64,000 nucleotides of DNA from a virus. The stretch lies in IMG/VR virus record IMGVR_UViG_3300037245_003482, positions 10,015 to 74,014 of that record; one strand, written 5' to 3'. The translations under genes and the position numbers were made by a program. Below the pieces are notes generated by a model that was given only the letters and a program-made list of their open reading frames with translations, made no database searches and was not told the DNA's origin. Shown here in pieces: positions 40,596 through 49,153 of this stretch; position 1 is the first letter of the stretch, and each line of letters begins with the position of its first letter.

Positions 40596-40669
40596 CGTGA
40601 TGTAGCTCAATTGGTGGGGCGCCTTGCTTATAGGTAAGGAAGTAGGTGGTTCGATTCCATCCATCGCGG
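40596..40669 (+). tRNA. tRNA-Ile(TAT)-like gene with an 8-nt anticodon loop and no encoded CCA
   Basis: Acceptor CGTGATG/CATCGCG, D arm GCTC-AATTGGTG-GGGC, anticodon arm CCTTG-CTTATAGG-TAAGG, T arm GGTGG-TTCGATT-CCATC. Confidence 0.75.
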
Positions 40670-41819
40670 CTTTTTAAAGAGGATAATATGACCCACAATG
40701 AAGCATATGAAAAGTACCCTGAAATAATGGGCATTAATAAACCAGCAAGAATGCCCCCACCTGTTATTTTTGAACCAGCTGAAAATGTTACGACCCTTAT
40801 ATTCCTTGAGATCATACAGGCAAGGGTTACAATGTGTGAAGTGTTGGCCTATGTGCTATTAGTGCAGAAACAGGCCCCAAAGCATCATATTATTTATTTA
40901 ATGGGCACTGAGTACCAATTCCACCCGTTTGTAGGCTACCACATGTTAAATGGGGGCACAATAGAGGCACAGGACCCCATTTATACTTATGATACGTTCT
41001 TAGCTGAATTAGATATGAGCAGGATGGTACTGGCTTCTGTTAGTTGTGGGGCAGAAGCCCATTGTTTCATAGAAAGAAGAATGGAAATAGGGTATTAGAT
41101 GTCAGAAGAACTAATAATAGTAATAGCATGGGAACAGCTGCACAAGGCCCTTATTGGCTTTCGTAGGAAAATAGGGTGCAATGTACCCATTACCCAAATA
41201 AACTTTGATAACATAGTTACAGAGGCAAATAAGGGACTGGAAAAAGAATGCCCCGGGTGTGCTATTGAACAGTTGGATTTCCAGGGGTATTTGAAACATG
41301 GGGCTATTAAAGTTAAAAACATGGGCACTGATGAGCAATTGGGCCCAGAATGTGTTATAATAGGGTAAAAGGAGTATAAAGTGGCAGATGAAAATGAAAA
41401 AGAAGCAATTGTAGAAGGAAAAGAAGAGGCTATTGATGCCATAATTGCCATAATGAAAGGGTGTAAATGCGATAAGGAAGCAGCCATTGTGCTATTGAAG
41501 AGGGGGCAGGCAATCATACTACAGGCCTATGATACTGTTACTGAGGAAGAAATACAAACTGAACTGATACGGAGGGCATAATGCCAAAGTTTAAGAAAGG
41601 TGATACAATACGGGTGCATACACCAGATTTAATCAACGCCCTTTGTGCAAAAAGGGGAGCCATTGGTAAAATACACCATTTGTCACTATATGGAGGAGGG
41701 GCTTACGTCAAGTTTCCAGGGTACCGAGGACTGCATTTAATTTACAACAGGGAAGCCTGTGTTATTGTGCAACCAAGCACCAGCCCAGCAGCTGCAACAA
41801 TGATTGTGGGGGCCTGGTA

Positions 41820-41939
41820 ATGCCCTTTGAACAAGCAGATGATGGTGAAATCTGGGAAGATGGCACAATGTACACGGATGACATTTGTGGGGAATGTGGC
41901 AATGAGCCTGAAGATTGTGAATGTGATGAGGAGGACTAA
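41820..41939 (+). CDS. 39-aa very acidic Cys-containing peptide
   Basis: Hand translation: MPFEQADDGEIWEDGTMYTDDICGECGNEPEDCECDEED. TAATG-coupled, and ends 1 nt before the next ATG. Confidence 0.65.
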   Translation: MPFEQADDGEIWEDGTMYTDDICGECGNEPEDCECDEED

Positions 41940-42368
41940 ATGAAACAAAATTCCAAATTAGAAATAGCCCTGGGTATTGCAATGGTGTTATTTATTGCTA
42001 TAAGCATGGGCATAAATTGCAGCTTCCAGAATGCAGTGGAAATTGATACCACAGTGGATACAACGCCCACAATGCACCATACAATTAGTGATTTTACTAT
42101 TTATGATTATAATGTGCAATAAGGTGCGGGTATGAAATTAGTACCTGGGTGCAATTACCATACAACATGGCAAAAAGACAAAGCAATGCGTTTTGTACTT
42201 GCCTATGTGGAAAAGGATTGGGCCATATTATTCACCAGGGGCACAAGGAAGTTATTTTGGTGTAGAGTTAAAGACCTTATTTTCATTGAAACAAAGTACA
42301 ATATTGAAAAAGGTGTTAAAATCCTGGAGCCGGGATAAGGGCCCCCTGTAGTGAGGTGTCACTGCAAT

Positions 42369-42407
42369 GGTCCCCTGTGTTTGAATAGGCGCATAGGGGC
42401 CTTTTTA
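42369..42407 (+). terminator. intrinsic terminator
   Basis: GGTCCCCTGTGTT...GGCGCATAGGGGCC stem followed by TTTTT, just before a new promoter. Confidence 0.65.
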
Positions 42408-42414
42408 TTTTGTA

Positions 42415-42459
42415 TTTTTTAAAAAAGTGTTTGCATTTCCTTTGCGGATTGGTTACTTT
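42415..42459 (+). promoter_or_regulatory. sigma70-like promoter with T6A6 box
   Basis: TTTTTTAAAAAA-GTGT-TTGCAT-17 nt-TACTTT. Confidence 0.7.
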
Positions 42460-44666
42460 AGTAGAAAGGGAATAAAGGAGTAGGGTATGTGTAACATTTG
42501 CCACGAAACAACAAATGAGAAAGAGGTGTATGATAGGCATTGTAATAAGGTGCACCCAACATGCCTGGACAACTATAATTTATGGGATGTGGATTCTGCC
42601 TATCATTACCAATTTGAAGCGGCTAATGATAAAGAGGCTTTGGAAAAAGCGGCTGCCTTCTTACAGGAACATAAAAGTGAGTACAGGCAGAAAAATGTGG
42701 TGCAGAACATAACAGGAACCATTTTATATACTGGGGCACTTACTGCCAAGAATGTACATTATTCTGTGTTTGAATGTTGCAGTACAGTGGGGGAAGTATG
42801 ATTGAGGAATTTCTTGAAGTAGGGGACCGCTGTAGTGTTAAAGGGTGTACTGGGACATTGGATGCCATTTACAAGGGTGATAAATGCACATGCAAGTGTG
42901 ACAACCCACCTAATCTTCCATGTTGGTACTGCAGTAGATCTGTTCCTAAATGTGATACTTGTGGAAACAAGCCAAATGGGGGCAGCGTATGAACGCACAG
43001 AATGTATCCAAGAGCCTTAAAGGACTAATAAAAAGAAGGGTCAACACAACCCTAATGGAAATAGATTATAGTGCTAAACTAAAGGAAGTGTCCATTAAAA
43101 CACACCCTGCATTCAAACGCATTGTTTTCACAGGCCTCGGTATGGAAATTGAAAAAAGGGAAGATGGCTGCAATTGCTACATTGGGCCAATACCAACCCA
43201 CATAATAACCAGGGCAACTGATGTGGAAATACTTGCATGGGCCAAGAAAGACGAAGGTGCAATAATAACCTATTGGGGAAACTATGAGCACAATTAAATT
43301 AAAAACTAAATGGGCCCAATGCAAAACAAGCACAGTATGGGAAAATGAACATGATGTAAGGGTGCATATATCGGGTGAACTTATTAGAATACCTGGTTTT
43401 AAGCCACAGGAGACAGCGGCCATCGGCCTAACAAAATACAAAAAGGAAGCTGGTTACTACTGGGCTCTGAAAGCAACAGGGGGGCAATACAAAAAGGGCC
43501 CTTATGTGTATGGCAGAAGAGTTCTACAAGATACAGAAGTGGCAGGAGGGGTTATGCCCATAATAACAATAATAGATGACCCTGTTCCAATGAAAAGTTG
43601 GGATATTGAAACAGCTGCTGGGTTTAATGCCTGCCAGTTGGTACATAGTGCAATTAAAGCAGGGGAATTGCCCATTATGGTAGCAGAGAACTGCCGCAAA
43701 GTGCACCCAGCCATACGGGGTGTACGGGGGGCAAGCAAGCCTTTTTGGGTCCAATGTTACCCATATCTAGTTATGGAACAGGTGTATAAGGACATGGAAG
43801 CAAAAATGCCTTTCGGGCGATGGTATAGCAAAAAGCTACTAGAAGCAGCAGAAAGGTACACAAATGCCTATATCAATAAATTAATACAAAAACAGGAAGA
43901 AGACCTTAATAAATTTGTGTCCCCTGTTATGTTGCAGGTAAAGGAATATTACAAATGACTTTATTCATTTGTGCCTTAGTATTCATAGGGACAACAAGTA
44001 TTGCACTGTTATTATGGGCATTGTTTATGTGGCTTTGTTCCAAAATACCAGAACGGTTTTGTAAATAACTTGTTATAATAGGGGTAGGAGGAATAATGGA
44101 TATAAAGCTTTTAAAAGTAGGGATGCATTGCTACGTTTTAACAACGCTGCATGGGCCAACTGACAACAGCATGGGCACAAGCGTGACAAAGTGTGAAATA
44201 AAAAGGGTAATAAATAAAGAATACCCATTTTTATATAATGTAGAACGAGTTGATGGTATATGGGCAAAACCCAAAGGGGACCAAATAGTGCCCACTGAGG
44301 TTTTGGATGGCTCTGCCCCTAATTCTTTAAGTATTGGGTATCATGTGGAACCTGTACCAAAGAAAGAGCCTCCCCCCGCTGCTTTTGCTGGGCACAAGAA
44401 AGGAACCCAGGTTGATTATATTGGCCCTTTGAATTCATTAAGTGGCAGGTGGACTGTGCTTGGGCATGACAAATTCGGAAAACATTTTATCCTCTACAAA
44501 TTAGGAAAACCTGGTATAACAGAATACAACCCTGATTCTCCCTGCTGCAACAGGGCCCATTCTTCAGAGCTTAAAGTGGTAGAATAAAAGGCCCTTTTTG
44601 TTGGATTGGGTTAATTGGGGCTAATAACCCCATTTCTTTTTATAATAGGGGTACAAAGGTGGTTTT

Positions 44667-45476
44667 ATGAGTAACAACGCATTGAATAGATACATGGATG
44701 ACATAGGCAAAACTCCCCTTATGAGCAGGGAGGAAGAAAAAAGCATAATTACAAAGGCGCAGCATGGGGACATGAAGGCCCGGAACGCATTGATACTAGC
44801 CAATATGCGTTTAGTTGTTGCAGTGGCCCTTAAATACAAAACAAAAAGCCTACAACCTGAAGACCTGATTAGCATAGGGGCATTAGGACTTATTCGGGCC
44901 ATTATTGAATTTGATAACACAAGGGGCCTTAGGTTAATTTCATATGCTGTGTGGTGGATAAGAGCTGCTATTAACCAAGATTTGAATGATGTGGATAATC
45001 TTATAAAGCTGCCCAGTAATAATGCATACATAATAAGAAAGGCCTTATTGGAAGTTGATTTAGGGTTTGCTGTACCAAAAAAGGTAGTTGCAATGATAGA
45101 AGCCAGGGACCGCATTTTTTATTTAGATAATAATGGGCCAGAAGAGTTATCCGATTTAGGACACAAACCAAAGCCTCGTGATTTAGAGTACAAAGGGTTA
45201 GAAGACACTATAGTACAAAAAATGGGGCGTGCACAGTTTAATAAAGAAATTAAGGGTAGGATTGAAAAATTACCACCAAAGCAAAAAAAGGCACTTTCAT
45301 TGTACTATGGCATAGGGTATGACCACACTTATACAGTAAGGGAAGTGGGGGAAATTCTGGGGTGTTGTAGGCAAAATGTGCATCAGCTAATGAGGCAAGG
45401 TCTTACGGGGCTACGTAGGAAACTACCAAAAAGTTATTACCTTGAAAAATTACAATCAATGACAGTAAGTGAATAA
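44667..45476 (+). CDS. RpoD/SigA-family sigma factor (regions 1.2, 2, 4)
   Basis: LNRYMDDIGKTPLMSREEE, LILANMRLVVAVA, DLISIGALGLIRA, ISYAVWWIR and HTH TVREVGEILG. Confidence 0.92.
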   Translation: MSNNALNRYMDDIGKTPLMSREEEKSIITKAQHGDMKARNALILANMRLVVAVALKYKTKSLQPEDLISIGALGLIRAIIEFDNTRGLRLISYAVWWIRAAINQDLNDVDNLIKLPSNNAYIIRKALLEVDLGFAVPKKVVAMIEARDRIFYLDNNGPEELSDLGHKPKPRDLEYKGLEDTIVQKMGRAQFNKEIKGRIEKLPPKQKKALSLYYGIGYDHTYTVREVGEILGCCRQNVHQLMRQGLTGLRRKLPKSYYLEKLQSMTVSE

Positions 45477-45480
45477 GGGG

Positions 45481-46015
45481 CTAAATGCCCCTTTTGCTTT
45501 TTATTTGTTGAAGGGCCAGTTGTAGCCTGTGTTCCCTTATATCTGCAATGGTAACAGATGCCACTGGTATATGGCACCTGCCACTTAGGGGGCATTCACA
45601 GCACTTTATTTCAATAGGGTGTAAACAATTACCCTTTTGTGCCTTTATAACATTCAGTATAGTGCTTTTATTTAATTTAACTTCCATTTTGCCCCCCTTT
45701 AAATGGTTTCGTCGTTATAAAATTTACCATGGCCTTCAGTAGGCTGCCCATGCTGTTCAATTAGCACTTCAGCAGCTGGTATTTCTTCTTCTTCATTTAG
45801 GGGCAAGGGTGCATAGGTACCCAACAGGCCAACAGAAGGCATTCCTAAAAGTTCAATTTCAGATAGTTTCATATTCAGTACCCCAAGTATATTATTTCTA
45901 TGTCTCTGATCAAAGTGCCTTCCAGGTATAAAAGATCACATGCAATTGAAACACTGGTGTGGTCTTTTGCCACTTCCACACTGTCCCCTGTTGGTATGTG
46001 TACCATTAATAACAT
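45481..46015 (-). CDS. counter-oriented mini-operon of three small genes (45875-46015, 45699-45872, 45481-45687)
   Basis: The first two were hand-translated (MLLMVHIPTG..., MKLSEIELLG...). Closely spaced, with their own promoter. Confidence 0.6.
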
Positions 46016-46048
46016 CTAGGCACTTTACTTATTTAACTGTACCTGTTT

Positions 46049-46093
46049 AATATATATATAAATTGAAGTATTTGCAAATTGTTTTTTAAAAAA
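46049..46093 (-). promoter_or_regulatory. T6A6-box promoter for the leftward mini-operon
   Basis: T6A6-CAAT-TTGCAA-17 nt-TATATT on the minus strand. Confidence 0.65.
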
Positions 46094-46205
46094 CAATGTA
46101 TTAATATAAAATTATTAGGTATAGTGTTTTTGCATAAAATGGGTGCAACATAAATAGGGGTATAATGTTTTATATTTAAAGTAATAAAAGCAAAGTAGGG
46201 TGCAT

Positions 46206-47858
46206 ATGTCTGAAGGTATGAATAAAGTCGATATGCAGGTAATGATGCAGCAGGCAATGATGATGCTGGGTCAGATTACTAATAATGACAAACAGCAAGT
46301 CAGTGGGGCCTGGGCCGATTTACGTAATGATAGCTGGGCTAATTTCAATAGCGGTATAGGCACATCTGATGACAAATCAGAAGGCAACACATTCACTGCA
46401 GGCTATGTTACACCTGGGTCTGTTTTTGAGGCTATGTACAGGCAAGACGGTATTTCTAAAACTATCATAAAGGCCCCTGCAAAGGATGCCACAAAAAACT
46501 GGGTGAAAATAACAGAAGACACAGACAATAAAATATTAAATGAACTAAAACGAGTAAAAGCAAAGCAGGCATTTAGCCAATTGGTAATACATGCCCGTAA
46601 GTTTGGTGGTGGGGCTATTTTAATCCAAACCAAAATGGGGGACGCCTTAGACCAACCTATTGACCTTAATTCAGCAACAGAAATACAAGGGCTTAAAAAT
46701 TTCCACCGCTATGACTTTGAGATTTTGGAAAGTGATATTAATAGGGATGACCCAGCAGACCCCAATTATGAAGAAGTTGAACTATTCAGGCTAAGAAAAA
46801 GGCATGGTATTGGGTTTGTTGAAATACATAGGTCCCGCCTTGTTATATTAAAAGGGGAACAGTTTGACGAAGTGAACCAGGGCAGTGGTGCAGCCGGGGG
46901 TACTTTTAATACAGCTGAAAATGAGTATTGGGGGGGCAGTGTGCTTGAGGCAATGCTTGATGCCCTTGGGTATTATGGCCTTGGTATGAAAGCTATTTCA
47001 ACAATGATGCAAGAGGCCACCATTGGTAAGTTTCTAATGGCGGGCCTGCAGGACCTTTTGGCAGATATGTCAGACAGTGAAGATGTTGAAACACAACAAA
47101 AAGCATGGAAGAAATTCAATGACCGCATTAAGGCCATGGTAATGACCAAAAGTGTGATACATTCTATTTTGCTGGATGCGGAAGCCAAAGAAGATTTCAA
47201 ACGAGAACAGGTTAATTTTTCAGGTATACCAGAAGTGATGAACTTGAACCAAATGCAAATATCAGGAATGTCCAGTATACCTATTACTAAGCTATTTGGG
47301 CGTTCTCCTGGGGGTGAAAATGCCACTGGTGAAAGTGATGCAGAAAACTATAATTCTCTTTGTATTGGGATACAGGAGGATATTGAACCAGGTGTGCAGT
47401 TTTTAGTTGACTTAATAACCAAAGGGGAAAGTAAAAATATTGTTGATTTCAACCACCCCAAAATGCCAACAGAAGAAGAACTATTGTCAATGAAGAAAAC
47501 ACAGTCAGAAATTGACAAAATATATGTTGCAGACACAGGAATATTAGGAGCAGAAGAAGTTAGGGCAAGCCGTTTTGGGGGGGAGGAATATAGTTTTGAT
47601 ACTAGCATCCAAAGCGACAAATTACCCCCTGGCACTACTGTAGAAAGTGTTGCTGCAGAGGACGCAATAGAGGTGCAGAAATACCTGGGCACCCTTGAAG
47701 GTGTGGAACAAAAGAAACTTGATGAAAAAATAGATTATGTAATCGATGCCCTTAAAATCAAAGGATTCCATAAACTTGATGAAAAAGCGCAATATGACAC
47801 GCTTAAGGCAGTGGGGCATTTCACAGAAGAACAAATACAACGTATATTAGGCGCCTAA
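46206..47858 (+). CDS. portal protein (DUF1073-type)
   Basis: MYRQDGISKTIIKAPAKDA, ARKFGG and IPITKLFGRSPGGENATGESDAENY. Confidence 0.9.
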   Translation: MSEGMNKVDMQVMMQQAMMMLGQITNNDKQQVSGAWADLRNDSWANFNSGIGTSDDKSEGNTFTAGYVTPGSVFEAMYRQDGISKTIIKAPAKDATKNWVKITEDTDNKILNELKRVKAKQAFSQLVIHARKFGGGAILIQTKMGDALDQPIDLNSATEIQGLKNFHRYDFEILESDINRDDPADPNYEEVELFRLRKRHGIGFVEIHRSRLVILKGEQFDEVNQGSGAAGGTFNTAENEYWGGSVLEAMLDALGYYGLGMKAISTMMQEATIGKFLMAGLQDLLADMSDSEDVETQQKAWKKFNDRIKAMVMTKSVIHSILLDAEAKEDFKREQVNFSGIPEVMNLNQMQISGMSSIPITKLFGRSPGGENATGESDAENYNSLCIGIQEDIEPGVQFLVDLITKGESKNIVDFNHPKMPTEEELLSMKKTQSEIDKIYVADTGILGAEEVRASRFGGEEYSFDTSIQSDKLPPGTTVESVAAEDAIEVQKYLGTLEGVEQKKLDEKIDYVIDALKIKGFHKLDEKAQYDTLKAVGHFTEEQIQRILGA

Positions 47859-47861
47859 GTA

Positions 47862-48878
47862 ATGGCAGAACCTAAAGATAGTTATTTATTTTGGCCCTTG
47901 GTGCAGCACCGGGCCAAAATGTCACCCGGTGCCCGTGCACGCACAAGGGACATTATTTACAATATGCCATGGCTATTCCCCCGCCAGGCAGAGGCAGAAT
48001 ATGCACGCACACTTACCAAGTATTTCCAAAGTTTAATTGATGCTTTCCTGTTATTCGTGGAACCACAATATAATCAGTGGGTTTCTGATTTCAGGGTGGA
48101 TGAGTACCCAGAGGATTTACTTGCCCTTACAGCTTTTATTAATAGTGTACAGGAAGAAATATTTGGCAATGTAGAAGAGTTCAGAACAGCATACCTATTG
48201 AAAAAAGCAACTGAAATAGATGTATTTAATGTTACACAATGGGGCAAATTTACAGGGGCAGTATTAGGGGCTGATGCAAAAACAACCTTTATTGTAGTGC
48301 AGGAACCATGGCATAAACAGGTAATTGATAATTGGATTGACCGCAATGAAGAAGTATGGACCAATGTTACCCGTGAATTCATACACAAAAGCACCCAGAT
48401 AGTACGTGGTGGCGTGGAAAATGGCCTTTTATGGACTGATACAAGGGATAAAATATTAAAAGTGCTGCCAAAGGCTAAAGTGGGCAACCGTAGCAACCTG
48501 GCCCGTGCCAACCTTATTGCAAGGGACCAAACAGCAAAGCTTAATGCAGGGCTCACACATAGACGCATGAATGATGCAGCTTTAAAGGCATATGAATGGC
48601 TTACAGCAGGGGATGAACGTGTGCGGGGCAACCCTGCAGGCAAATATCCAAAAGCAAGGCACAGCCACTTTATGATGAATGCCAAAGTGTTGCGCTGGGA
48701 TGACAATGGTGTTATTTCAGACGATAAGGGCAAAACCTGGCGCCCCAAAAAGGGCAGGGAAGAACCAGCCCAGGCAGGTATGGCAATACAGTGCAGGTGC
48801 ACACATATACCTATTTTCAGGGAGCTACTTTCTGCTGTAGATAACCATATAGATAAGAATCCATTTCTGGCTACTTAA
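47862..48878 (+). CDS. minor head protein (Mu gpF / SPP1 gp7 family)
   Basis: ANLIARDQTAKLN, YEWLTAGDERVR and IQCRC. Confidence 0.9.
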   Translation: MAEPKDSYLFWPLVQHRAKMSPGARARTRDIIYNMPWLFPRQAEAEYARTLTKYFQSLIDAFLLFVEPQYNQWVSDFRVDEYPEDLLALTAFINSVQEEIFGNVEEFRTAYLLKKATEIDVFNVTQWGKFTGAVLGADAKTTFIVVQEPWHKQVIDNWIDRNEEVWTNVTREFIHKSTQIVRGGVENGLLWTDTRDKILKVLPKAKVGNRSNLARANLIARDQTAKLNAGLTHRRMNDAALKAYEWLTAGDERVRGNPAGKYPKARHSHFMMNAKVLRWDDNGVISDDKGKTWRPKKGREEPAQAGMAIQCRCTHIPIFRELLSAVDNHIDKNPFLAT

Positions 48879-49153
48879 CTCACAAAAACAAATTAGGGTA
48901 ATAGCAATGTAAGTATGTACAAATACTATTTTAAAAACATATATACATAAGGCATAAAAAGTGTAATTACATCTAAAGCGAGCATAAAAATACCAATAGT
49001 TCATTAACTATTAAAATATCTTTAAAGTATGGAATTTACTTAAGTTACTGGAGCTTCAAGTGAAAGAATTTAGAGATGGCAACAACAGGCAAATGCCTGT
49101 AATCCCTGAAAAGCCAAAGAAAGAACCAGAAACGACTAAAAAAGAGGTTCGTA

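Larger units (their letters stand above)
37430..44587 (+). other. array of about 22 small hypothetical genes, including KLKTKW paralogs, SH3/KOW-like (FKKGD) proteins and Cys-rich proteins
   Basis: Packed plus-strand ORFs punctuated by repeated promoter motifs. Confidence 0.7.

Noticed and set aside
40627-43484. The 8-nt-loop tRNA acting as suppressor of the G6 frameshift
   Set aside because: Its quadruplet anticodon would read UAUA, not GGGG.
46206-47858. Anti-CBASS Acb1 label sometimes attached to DUF1073 proteins
   Set aside because: Synteny and motifs indicate a portal protein, and no 2H phosphoesterase HxT pair is evident.
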